A program made the translations under genes and the position numbers. Below, piece after piece: positions 53,577 to 62,090 of a stretch of 64,000 nucleotides of DNA. The stretch spans positions 901 to 64,900 of the forward strand of contig WAOK01000002.1 in assembly GCA_015521325.1 (NCBI GenBank), given 5' to 3'. Origin of the DNA: Desulfurococcales archaeon (GTDB taxonomy: Archaea > Thermoproteota > Thermoprotei_A > Sulfolobales > NBVN01). The notes under the pieces were generated by a model that did not search any database, was not told the origin of the DNA, and worked only from the letters and a program-made list of their open reading frames with translations. Positions within the stretch are counted from its first letter, which is position 1, and each line of letters starts with the position of its first letter.

Positions 53577-54675
53577 GTTCGGCACCGAGACCGTGGAGTG
53601 CCCCTACTGCGGCGCATCTAATACAGTGAGCAAGGATGCAAAATCAGCTAAGTGCTCGAGGTGCGGCAGGGAGTTCGCTGTGCTGAGGTGCCCCTATTGC
53701 GGTGCTGTCTTCGGAGCCCCGCACATGGTCAACGCAGCCACGTGCCCCTACTGCGGTTACTACTTCTACGTGAAGTCCGGAAAGGACGTAGGTGAGCACT
53801 ACTACTTCAAGGTGGTGTTCTCCTCCGGTAGGGCGTTCCAGAGAATGCTCTCGTTCATTGCAAGAAACTTCGGCGCGCCGGAGGACTTCACCTCCTCAAC
53901 AAGCCTCAGGTCGGCGACCCTACACTATGTCCCGATACACGCTGTCCATGCCGAGGCTGAAGGAGAATGCGAGTACCACGAGGGGCTGTGGTTCTGGAAG
54001 AAGTCATACACAGGGGACTTCGTGGAGGTTAGGGACATATTCCTCCCCGCAACCAAGAAATTCCCGTACCTCGAGGATCTGAAGGGCTACCGTTTCAGTC
54101 TAAGAGGTAGAGAATACTTCAAGCCCAGAGTGATGAGGATAGGTAAATACTACCCAATAGAGTCGGACAAGGAGACAGCCCTAAAGGCAGCTGATGCCGC
54201 GATTAGGAGGTCACTTATGAAGGACCTGGAAAGCGGGTGCGCTGGAAAGAAAACAATAACTAGCGTGAGGCTCGAGTACTTAGGGGTCACCCACTACCCG
54301 CTCTGGGAGCTGAGATACGAGTACAAAGGCGCCCTCCTCACCGGGCTTGTTGACGCGTCATCAGGTAGGGTAGTGTTCGCTGAGCACCCAATCGCCTGGA
54401 AGGCAAAGGAGAAGGCCAGCATCATGAGCGCTGCCACAATACTGTCACCGACCGTAGTGGGTTCGGCAGTGGGAGGCGCCCTAGGGGGAGGAAGCATGGC
54501 AGCCGTAGGCAGTGTTGCCGGACTAGTTATCGGGCTAATAGTTGCTATTCCTGCCCTTGCAAAAGTGATTAAGAAAGTCGAGAAGTCAAAGGAGTCGCTC
54601 AGTGATTGGGGGCTCTTCAAGGAAAGGGATATTCTGGAAAATATGTCGAGGTTCTTGCTCGGCGGCCTCACTTAG
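53566..54675 (+). CDS. double zinc-ribbon protein with C-terminal Gly-rich TM anchor (unknown function), paralog 2
   Basis: CPYCG...CSRCG and CPYCG...CPYCG ribbons, with the same overall architecture as the upstream gene (LWELRYEYKGALLTGLVDASSGRVV, then TM). 11-nt overlap with paralog 1. Confidence 0.55.
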   Translation: MSAEFGTETVECPYCGASNTVSKDAKSAKCSRCGREFAVLRCPYCGAVFGAPHMVNAATCPYCGYYFYVKSGKDVGEHYYFKVVFSSGRAFQRMLSFIARNFGAPEDFTSSTSLRSATLHYVPIHAVHAEAEGECEYHEGLWFWKKSYTGDFVEVRDIFLPATKKFPYLEDLKGYRFSLRGREYFKPRVMRIGKYYPIESDKETALKAADAAIRRSLMKDLESGCAGKKTITSVRLEYLGVTHYPLWELRYEYKGALLTGLVDASSGRVVFAEHPIAWKAKEKASIMSAATILSPTVVGSAVGGALGGGSMAAVGSVAGLVIGLIVAIPALAKVIKKVEKSKESLSDWGLFKERDILENMSRFLLGGLT

Positions 54676-55811
54676 CCAAAGATCGCCTTTTCTTCCAAGA
54701 GCTCTCCTCTCTCGTACCTTTCCGGCACCAGCTTCCTGGTCTCGGGTAGGCCTGGCTTACCCTTCATTACGTAGTTGGCCAGCTCCTTACCAACTATCGG
54801 CGCCATCATGAAGCCGTGGCCGGAATAGCCTGTGGCAAGATATATGTTGCTGTATCCCGGCACCCTGCCGATTATTGGATGATGGTCAGGTGTCTTTATG
54901 TAGTACCCTGTCCATACGCGGAGGAGGTTCGCATCGAGGATTTGAGGGAAGTACCTGCTCATGTACCTCACGGCCCTCCCTATGAAGCCGAGGTGTATGC
55001 TGAGGTCATTCTCAGGTACTGGGTACTCTGTCCCTAGTATCACCCCTCCAGAACCGACCTGCACGATGTAGGAGCCGCTCGCCTTATGGATGACGAGGGG
55101 CTCAAGGAAGGGAGCGTACTTCTCGGTTATCATGAGGTGGTGTGGGTCACCCTTTAGCGGTGGCTCGTAGCCTAAGGGCCTCAGCAACTCCTTGCTCCAG
55201 TACCCGGCCGCGACTATCACGCTGTCCTCGATGTCCACCTCCCCGCCGCCCGAGAGCTTCAGGGTGACGGCCTCGCCCTCCTTCGTCACTATCCCCTCGA
55301 CCCCCACGTACTCGAGGATCTTAACGCCTAACTTGAGGAGGTTCCTCCTCATTATCCACACGGTCTTGAGCGGGGATATCTTGCCAGCTGTTGGGTCATG
55401 AAGCGCCGCTATCACGTCGCCGAGCTTCATCGAGGGGACAACGCTCAGTACCTCCTCACCGTACAGCATCCTGGTGGGGACGCCGAGCCTGTTATGGAGT
55501 CTCTGAAGGGCCTCATGCTGCTTAACCAGCTCCTCGGTTGTGAGTAACCATAGGTACCCGGACTGCCTGAACGGCAGGCCTGCCTCATTCCTCAGCCTTA
55601 GCCACTCCTTTATTGACTCCCTCATTAGGGCTACGTGCACCTCTGAGGTGAATGACGCCCTTATCCCGCCTGCGCACCTACCGGTCGATCCCGAGCCTAG
55701 GTAGCTCCTGTCAAGGATGATTACCTCGCCCTCGTACCCGAGCCTGCGGAGATAATACGCTGTGAACAAGCCTGTTGAGCCACCACCGATTATCGCTACC
55801 CCTGCCCTCAC
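54672..55811 (-). CDS. FAD-dependent oxidoreductase, beta subunit of PDH1-type L-proline dehydrogenase / sarcosine-oxidase-like complex
   Basis: N-terminal dinucleotide fold VAIIGGGSTGLFTAYYL. DAO-family layout, about 42 kDa. Last gene of a 4-gene overlapping operon. Confidence 0.8.
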   Translation of the reverse strand: MRAGVAIIGGGSTGLFTAYYLRRLGYEGEVIILDRSYLGSGSTGRCAGGIRASFTSEVHVALMRESIKEWLRLRNEAGLPFRQSGYLWLLTTEELVKQHEALQRLHNRLGVPTRMLYGEEVLSVVPSMKLGDVIAALHDPTAGKISPLKTVWIMRRNLLKLGVKILEYVGVEGIVTKEGEAVTLKLSGGGEVDIEDSVIVAAGYWSKELLRPLGYEPPLKGDPHHLMITEKYAPFLEPLVIHKASGSYIVQVGSGGVILGTEYPVPENDLSIHLGFIGRAVRYMSRYFPQILDANLLRVWTGYYIKTPDHHPIIGRVPGYSNIYLATGYSGHGFMMAPIVGKELANYVMKGKPGLPETRKLVPERYERGELLEEKAIFG

Positions 55812-56101
55812 TCCTCCCTCACCCCCAGGAACTCCCTCAGCTTCGTCGGCTTAGTGGGAGGCCTCGCTAGGGGCACGTGGAGCTCATCCTCAGTCTTCCA
55901 CCTCTGTGGTTCCCCGAATATGCTGGGATAGAGGCGAAGGAGGAGGTTGAGGCAGTACCTCCCACCGCAATTGCCCATGCCAACCCTGAGCCTCCTCTTC
56001 AGCGTCTCGAGATCCTTGATACCCTCCTCCTCAACGACCTTCTTTATCTCCTCGAGCGTGACCTCCTCGCACAGGCATATATACTTAGGCACCGTCACCA
56101 C
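55808..56101 (-). CDS. small BFD-like [2Fe-2S]-binding subunit (delta-like)
   Basis: CLCEEVTLEEI ... GNCGGRYC cysteine pattern as in BFD-like domains. Confidence 0.65.
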   Translation of the reverse strand: MVTVPKYICLCEEVTLEEIKKVVEEEGIKDLETLKRRLRVGMGNCGGRYCLNLLLRLYPSIFGEPQRWKTEDELHVPLARPPTKPTKLREFLGVREE

Positions 56102-56594
56102 CCCTCACGGGCCTGACGGCCCTCACCTCCATCACTAGCTCCGGTGAGGGCACCTCGACGGTGACGACATAGGTCAGGTTGTCCTTAAAGAACTTCACAA
56201 CGCGTCCCCTCCCAACTGGCTCGCCGACCCTGTTGAGGAGCTCGACCTCCACACCCTTTGCTGGTGCCTCCCCCATCTCGTAAGGGACGGTGACTTGGGG
56301 CGGGTCCTTGCTCAGGTCTACGACGAATATCGCCTGCCCGGGGCATCGGCCCACGCAGATACCGCACCCTATGCACTTGTTGAAGTCTATCACTGGCTTC
56401 TCGGTTATCTCCCCCATACTCACTGCCTTAAGCGGGCACGCCCACACGCAGACATCGCAGGGAATGGGCTCAACGCACTCGAATATAGCTACGGGACCCT
56501 TCCTCAGCCTCTCCTCGTTCGGTACGTAGCCCAGCTCCTTAATGAGGTCAGGGGAAGCTATACCGTCTGGTGAGGGCTCACGCAACCTCCTCAC
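56085..56594 (-). CDS. ferredoxin-type iron-sulfur subunit (gamma-like)
   Basis: CDVCVWACP and CIGCGICVGRCP motifs. About 19 kDa. Confidence 0.7.
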   Translation of the reverse strand: MRRLREPSPDGIASPDLIKELGYVPNEERLRKGPVAIFECVEPIPCDVCVWACPLKAVSMGEITEKPVIDFNKCIGCGICVGRCPGQAIFVVDLSKDPPQVTVPYEMGEAPAKGVEVELLNRVGEPVGRGRVVKFFKDNLTYVVTVEVPSPELVMEVRAVRPVRGGDGA

Positions 56595-58014
56595 CCCCGA
56601 TAATCACCTTCTCCAGCCCGGCCCTCACCCTCGCACTAACGGGTGAGGACCTGTAGGTCTTGAGTAGCTTGAGGAGCCTCTCCCTCTCCTTCATCCACTC
56701 GTCCCTCTCCCCGCGGAGCTTCATGAGCATCGAGTAACCGGCTATCCACCCCTCTATTATTGCGGTGGTCGCTTCCTCAACCCCCGCGACGTCACCGGCT
56801 ACGTACACGCCCGGCACGGTCGTCTCCAGGTACTCCGTCCTCAGGGCCGTGAGGCCGCCGAGCTCTGGCACGTACTTTGTCTTGGCACCGAACTGCCTCA
56901 GTAAGTCGACATTCGGGGTGAGCCCGACGGCTAGGAGCACAGCGTCACATTCTATAGTTTTCTCTGTTCCGGGTATGGGCCTCCACCGCTCATCGACCTC
57001 TGCTATTGTGGCTGCCTCAACCCCCTCTTCTCCGTGGGCCGCCACTATCGTGTGCCTCACGTATATCGGGACGCCGTACCTCCTCACCTTAGCTGCGTGG
57101 ACGAACCATCCCCCAATCCTCGGCGCGGCCTCAACAATCGCCGCCGGCTTCGCCCCAGCCTGAAGGAGCTGATAAGCAACTATTAGGCCAACATTACCCG
57201 CACCTACGATGAGCGGTCTCTTTCCCGGGAGCACGCCCCACACGTTCATGAGTGTCTGGGCAGCCCCGGCACCCATTACCCCGGGGAGGTCGTTGTTCTC
57301 GAAGGGGAGGTAGTTCTCAACGGCGCCAGTCGCGACTAGATAAGTGCCCGCCCTAAGCACGTAGTTTCTCTCCTCCCCTACGGCGAACACGCCCTCTTTG
57401 AAGACACCGATTGCGGTCGTCCGGAGAAGCACGTCCACGCTTTCAAACGACCTAATCTTTTCCTCATATTTTTCTGCTATCTGGAACCCCCTAAGCCCAG
57501 CGAATAGTTCCCTGGACCCGAAGAATCTGTGAGTCTGTTTGATGAGTTGCCCTCCCAGCCTGTGCGAGTCATCGACTATGAGTGTCCTCACTCCATGAGT
57601 ACCGAGTACCTCGGCAGCGGCTAGGCCTGCCGGGCCCCCGCCAATAATTAGGGCCTCCGCCTCGACCTCCTCAACAGGCTTCGCCCCTCCTCCTGCCTCC
57701 TTGAGGACTGGGTAGCCCTTGATCCTCCTAACCCTCATCCCATCGCGCACGAGCTCCTGACAAGCCCTCTTCGCTATCCCGTCGACCTCGACTATGCACG
57801 AACCGCACTTACCTATCATGCAGAAAACTGAGCGCGGCCTGCCATGCTTTGGGGAGTATCTCAGTATTTTGTGACCGGCAGCATAAAGAGCGGCTGCTAG
57901 GGCCTCGCCCTCGAATGCCTTGATGGGCTCGCCCTCGAAGTATATCGTCACTTCCCTACCTCTTCGAAATGTGAGTACTGGGTGATGGTGAATCCTTAGG
58001 CCAGTATACCCCAA
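56578..58014 (-). CDS. pyridine-nucleotide-disulfide-type FAD/NAD oxidoreductase with N-terminal 2Fe-2S-like domain (alpha subunit; SoxA/HcnB/OoxA-like)
   Basis: N-terminal IYFEGEPIKAFEGEALAAAL...CMIGKCGSC domain, ALIIGGGPAGLAAA and PLIVGAGNVGL dinucleotide folds. TTG 58014 fits a leaderless start after CTTTATATCT; GTG 57951 is an alternative. Confidence 0.8.
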   Translation of the reverse strand: MGYTGLRIHHHPVLTFRRGREVTIYFEGEPIKAFEGEALAAALYAAGHKILRYSPKHGRPRSVFCMIGKCGSCIVEVDGIAKRACQELVRDGMRVRRIKGYPVLKEAGGGAKPVEEVEAEALIIGGGPAGLAAAEVLGTHGVRTLIVDDSHRLGGQLIKQTHRFFGSRELFAGLRGFQIAEKYEEKIRSFESVDVLLRTTAIGVFKEGVFAVGEERNYVLRAGTYLVATGAVENYLPFENNDLPGVMGAGAAQTLMNVWGVLPGKRPLIVGAGNVGLIVAYQLLQAGAKPAAIVEAAPRIGGWFVHAAKVRRYGVPIYVRHTIVAAHGEEGVEAATIAEVDERWRPIPGTEKTIECDAVLLAVGLTPNVDLLRQFGAKTKYVPELGGLTALRTEYLETTVPGVYVAGDVAGVEEATTAIIEGWIAGYSMLMKLRGERDEWMKERERLLKLLKTYRSSPVSARVRAGLEKVIIGGEEVA

Positions 58015-58126
58015 AAACCTCGCCCGAAAGATCTTGATGCAGATATAAAGAAATATTTGTACCTAACTGAAAAATGTTCGTCAGGCAGAAGGTAAGGATA
58101 ATTTTAGGTGGCGACACCATCACACG
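58015..58126. promoter_or_regulatory. divergent promoter region (PDH-like operon leftward, mvk rightward)
   Basis: AT-rich. AGATATAAAGAAATATTTG and GGATAATTTTAGG each lie about 25-30 nt from the respective start codon. Confidence 0.45.
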
Positions 58127-59143
58127 GTGAACTCGTTGCCGACAGTTGTGGCCTCCGCCCCCGGTAAGGTAACGCTCTTCGGCGAGCACGCAGTTGTTTA
58201 CGGTTACCCAGCAATAGTAGCTGCTATATCGAAGAGACTCCACACCAAGGTCACGCCTCGGCGAGACCACGTCATCCAGGTCGTGGCGAAGGACATCAAG
58301 GTCCCCGGAATAGTCCTCACGTACTTCTCGGAGGAGGAGGTGGTCGTTGAGACAGACTACAAGTCAAGTATGAGCGCTCTCTCCTACGTACGCACCGCGG
58401 TGGATGTTGTTAGGGAGTACCTCGGGATAAATAGGGGCGCCGCGATCGAGATAACCTCCGAGATGCCTGTCGGGGCAGGCCTCGGCACCTCCGCCGCGGT
58501 GTCAGTGACGACCATCGCCGGTTACGCGGCGGCCCACGGCTACACCTTGAAGAAGGAGGAGATAAGAGATCTGGCGTGGGAGGTCGAGAAGAGGGTTCAG
58601 GGTAGGGCGTCCCCGATGGACACCACCATAGCCACCTTCGGCGGGGTACTCAAGATAGTTCCGAGTGAGGGCGAGCCCAAGATAGAGGCCCTGGAGGCGC
58701 CGGAGGACCTCCCGTTCGTGATAGGCTACGTTGAGAGGGAGGCGGGGACTAAGGAGATGGTCGCTAAGGTTGCTAGGCTGAGGGAGAGGTTCCCCGATGT
58801 CGTGGAGGGCGTGATGAGGCTTATTGGTCAGGTAACTGAGGAGGCTGAGAAGGCGTTGAAGAACAGGGACCTCGTCACGCTGGGCACCTTAATGAACATA
58901 AACAACGGGCTCCTCGATGCCCTAGGGGTCTCAAACAAGAGGCTCAGCGAGCTAGTCTACGCTGCTAGGTGGGCCGGCGCCCTCGGCTCTAAACTCACCG
59001 GTGCAGGTGGAGGAGGTGCTGTCATAGCCTTATCGCCGGGCAGGGAAGAGCAGGTCGAGGTCGCGATGAAGCTGCACGGCGCCCTAACCCTCAGGGCTGA
59101 CGTAGGTGTTGTCGGGCTTGTTGTGAGGAAGGTGAAGGAGTGA
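58127..59143 (+). CDS. mvk: mevalonate kinase
   Basis: GHMP-kinase motifs: APGKVTLFGEHAVVYG, PVGAGLGTSAA, KLTGAGGGG. Confidence 0.9.
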   Translation: MNSLPTVVASAPGKVTLFGEHAVVYGYPAIVAAISKRLHTKVTPRRDHVIQVVAKDIKVPGIVLTYFSEEEVVVETDYKSSMSALSYVRTAVDVVREYLGINRGAAIEITSEMPVGAGLGTSAAVSVTTIAGYAAAHGYTLKKEEIRDLAWEVEKRVQGRASPMDTTIATFGGVLKIVPSEGEPKIEALEAPEDLPFVIGYVEREAGTKEMVAKVARLRERFPDVVEGVMRLIGQVTEEAEKALKNRDLVTLGTLMNINNGLLDALGVSNKRLSELVYAARWAGALGSKLTGAGGGGAVIALSPGREEQVEVAMKLHGALTLRADVGVVGLVVRKVKE

Positions 59144-59493
59144 GGAAGGGTAGGTGCAAGAGGCTCCTCAGGGCCGTAGTGAGGGCTGAGTCGGAGTGGG
59201 GCGAGGTAAGGGAGCTGGAGGCTAGGATATGGCTTCACCTCGGAGGTTGCGGGGGAGCTAGGGAGACGCACCTCGATGTTGAGGGTATTGAGCAGGAGAT
59301 GGCCCAGCTCTTCGTTGGGAGAAACCCCGTTAAGTGCGAGGGAAGCTTTGTCGTCGTGGGATCCAAGAATGTCAGGGGCTGGAGGCTCGTCATCGTTTTT
59401 GGCGAGGACCTGAGGTGCCACGGGTCAGGGGTGAGGAGGGTGTACTTCAGTAGGGGGAAGCTCGTCGTTAGGTTGCCTTGCCGACGGTGTTGA
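59140..59493 (+). CDS. possible RNase P protein subunit Pop5-like (low confidence) / hypothetical basic protein
   Basis: GTGA-coupled to the mvk stop. By-eye similarity to my recollection of archaeal Pop5 (KRLL.AVV, ELEARIW..LGGCGGA, LFVGRNPV, GSGVRRV) with similar length. It could still be a GC-driven shadow ORF. Confidence 0.35.
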   Translation: MRKGRCKRLLRAVVRAESEWGEVRELEARIWLHLGGCGGARETHLDVEGIEQEMAQLFVGRNPVKCEGSFVVVGSKNVRGWRLVIVFGEDLRCHGSGVRRVYFSRGKLVVRLPCRRC

Positions 59494-60205
59494 CTATGCA
59501 CCTGCTGAAGTCGGGGGCTACTTCCTTGACTATGACGCCGTCCCTGATGATCAGTATTCTCTGAGCACAATTAGCGACTTCGGGGTCGTGCGTCACCATC
59601 ACGATTGTCTGGCCTGACTTGTTGAGCGAGAGGAATGTTGAGAGAACCTTCGCGGCGGACGCCCTGTCAAGGTTCCCTGTTGGCTCATCAGCCAGGAGTA
59701 TGGGCGGCTCGGTGACCACGGCCCTCGCTATCGCGACCCTCTGCTGCTGCCCACCGCTAAGCTGTGTGGGTTTCTTGGGGAACCAGGACTTGTCCCCACC
59801 TGCCCGGAGGAGGGCTCTCTCGACGAGCACTCTCCTCTCCTTCCTGGGTAGGCCCCGAGGTATGAGTGGTAGCTCTATGTTCTCGTATACTGTGAGTCTG
59901 GATATGAGGTTAAATTGCTGGAACACGAAACCTATTTTCTGGTTCCTTAGTCTCGCCATTTCCTTTGGCTTGAGCTTCGATATATCAACGCCGTCTATCA
60001 GCACCCTCCCGGATGTGGGTACGTCCAGAGAGCCGATCATGTTGAGAAGGGTTGTCTTACCTGATCCCGATGGTCCCATGATCGCTACGAACTCTCCTCT
60101 CTTAACCGCCAGATTCACTCCTCTTAAGGCGTGGGTCTCCACTTCACCGACTCGGTATATCTTCCTAACGTTCTCAAGCACCAGTACGTAGTCGCCCATC
60201 CTCAC
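59468..60205 (-). CDS. ABC transporter ATP-binding protein, MacB/LolD/FtsE-like
   Basis: Walker A GPSGSGKTT, Q-loop, signature LSGGQQQRVAIARA, Walker B ILLADEPTGNLD, H-loop VTHD. Confidence 0.9.
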   Translation of the reverse strand: MRMGDYVLVLENVRKIYRVGEVETHALRGVNLAVKRGEFVAIMGPSGSGKTTLLNMIGSLDVPTSGRVLIDGVDISKLKPKEMARLRNQKIGFVFQQFNLISRLTVYENIELPLIPRGLPRKERRVLVERALLRAGGDKSWFPKKPTQLSGGQQQRVAIARAVVTEPPILLADEPTGNLDRASAAKVLSTFLSLNKSGQTIVMVTHDPEVANCAQRILIIRDGVIVKEVAPDFSRCIVNTVGKAT

Positions 60206-61179
60206 CTCCTCCTGCGCCTAATTGATACACCGATCAGTACACCTACTGCGAGCGAGGCAGCGCCGACGGGTATGAGGTAGTTCCAGAGCGGTGAAGGTGT
60301 GGGAGGGGGCTCTGTCTTAGCTCCTGGCACCGCTACGCCGAGTATGCTGAGGTACTTGGAGGGGGTCTCATTGCCCGGTAACCTCACCATTACCCGCACC
60401 GTGAGTGTGTACCCGCCTTTCAGGAGGGTATCGCCTGCGAGGAATACTGCCGTGGAGTCTTTCCCGGGATCCATGCTAGCCCCTCCAAGCTGGCTCAGGG
60501 CAACGCTCGCTGCTCCGGGGTCGTTGTGTGCTGAATAATTGAAGAACCTGAATAGGCTAAGGTACCACGTTCCGTTCATGAGGCACCCGTATCCTGTTGT
60601 GTTACACGGGGGCAGGCCAAGGAGAGGTGTCACAGATGTTGCTGGTGGATACTTTGTGAGTTGGTAGGCGTTTGGGGAGAGCTGGCTCTTGCCTAGTTCC
60701 GCCCCCGGTGTAAGGAGAACGATCTTCTTGTCAGGCCTCGTTATGGAGGCGAAGAACCCCACTCCTATCGTGAAGTAGACAGGCATCTCTTTTATCATGA
60801 GGATCGCCTGAAAATCCGTCGGCGTGCCACCAACTACGTACACTGTCGCATTTACTCCCTCAACGATTACCCACCTGTAATTAAGCGTTGACCTTAGGTT
60901 GGCCAGTATCTGAGGGTTGGTCGCGGCTGCTGACGCTATCTGCGGATCCATTGCCTTAAGGTACGTTAGGAGGTCACTGTCCTTGTTGAGGTCGAGTACT
61001 ATCCTCCACTGCGTGACCAGTGCCGTCACAGGCTGTCCCGGGGTAGGGCTTTCGGTGGTCGAATTCATCTGAGCCGTGGTTGCTGCGATAGTTGCTGTGT
61101 CGGCCAAGGCTAAAGTGGGCGCTGTGAGGATCATTACTGTGATTAGAGCGATGAGTGCCCTGTTAGGCATTAGCTGCAC
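60202..61179 (-). CDS. bitopic surface (glyco)protein, unknown function
   Basis: N-terminal signal/TM (ALIALITVMILTAPTLALA), several NxS/T sequons (NST, NAT, NTT, NGT, NYS, NET), a Pro/Thr linker and a C-terminal TM followed by RRRRR. 4-nt overlap with the ABC ATPase. Confidence 0.5.
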   Translation of the reverse strand: MQLMPNRALIALITVMILTAPTLALADTATIAATTAQMNSTTESPTPGQPVTALVTQWRIVLDLNKDSDLLTYLKAMDPQIASAAATNPQILANLRSTLNYRWVIVEGVNATVYVVGGTPTDFQAILMIKEMPVYFTIGVGFFASITRPDKKIVLLTPGAELGKSQLSPNAYQLTKYPPATSVTPLLGLPPCNTTGYGCLMNGTWYLSLFRFFNYSAHNDPGAASVALSQLGGASMDPGKDSTAVFLAGDTLLKGGYTLTVRVMVRLPGNETPSKYLSILGVAVPGAKTEPPPTPSPLWNYLIPVGAASLAVGVLIGVSIRRRRR

Positions 61180-61250
61180 CTAAGGGGAGTAAGTGATCTG
61201 GGGTAATAACTGAGTTCTCTAAAGTGCGAAAAAGCGGGGATGTGTTATTT

Positions 61251-61970
61251 TTACTTCTTGGGCTGGAGGGCCTGCTTGGGCTCGGAGGCCCTCTGGAGGA
61301 ACTTTCTGGCCTCCTCGACCTCCTCCTTCGGGACCTCCTTGTAGCAGAGCCACCAGTCGAAGCACTTGTACTGCTTCAACCTCTCCTCAGCCTCCTGCTC
61401 GGTGGCGGCCGGCGGCACGATAACGTTCTCGCCCACGACCTCGTTGTTCGGCCAGTTCGCCGGGGTCGCTACGCCGTACTTGTCGACGACCTGGAGGGCC
61501 TTGAGGAGCCTCAGTATCTCGTCGATGTTCCTGCCGGCCTCCGGCGGGTAGTAGAGTATCGCCCTTATCACGCCGTTGGGGTCGACGATGAAGACCGCCC
61601 TGACGGTGTGGGTCGGGAGCGCCGGGTGAAGCATGCCAAGCTTCCTCGCCACGTCACCGGTCGGGTCAGCAATTATTGGGAACGGCACCTTGACGCCGAG
61701 GTTCTCCTTTATCCACTCAACCCACTTGATGTGGCTGAAGGTGCTGTCCACGCTTAGCCCGAGTAGGTCGGCGTTGAGCTTCTTGAAGTCCTCATACCTG
61801 ACACTGAAAGCGTAGAACTCGGTCGTACAGACCGGCGTGAAGTCGGCTGGGTGGCTGAAGATCACGAGCCACTTCCCTTTGTAGGCGTCGGGGAGCTTTA
61901 TCTTGCCCCTAGTAGTCATTACCTCCATCTCGGGTAGCTTCTCGCCTATAAGCGGGATCTGTCCGGGCAT
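61251..61970 (-). CDS. peroxiredoxin (archaeal ApTPx/Prx6-like)
   Basis: [14 protein letters not shown] peroxidatic site and the C-terminal CFDWWLC Cys pair typical of the Aeropyrum-type enzyme. Confidence 0.92.
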   Translation of the reverse strand: MPGQIPLIGEKLPEMEVMTTRGKIKLPDAYKGKWLVIFSHPADFTPVCTTEFYAFSVRYEDFKKLNADLLGLSVDSTFSHIKWVEWIKENLGVKVPFPIIADPTGDVARKLGMLHPALPTHTVRAVFIVDPNGVIRAILYYPPEAGRNIDEILRLLKALQVVDKYGVATPANWPNNEVVGENVIVPPAATEQEAEERLKQYKCFDWWLCYKEVPKEEVEEARKFLQRASEPKQALQPKK

Positions 61971-62090
61971 ATTCGTTCACCAAATATACTGTATAGTTAG
62001 CTTATTTAACCTTTTCCTTAACAAGTTCGATGATATGCCGAAATTAATTGAGTCACAATTCGGATATAAATTAACCAAGCTTAAACAGCG

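Noticed and set aside
58015-58126. Possible C/D-box sRNA (TGATGC ... CTGA) in the PDH/mvk intergenic region.
   Set aside because: The box spacing is only about 40 nt, the C box is imperfect, there are no C'/D' boxes or terminal stem, and the segment is better explained as two divergent TATA promoters.
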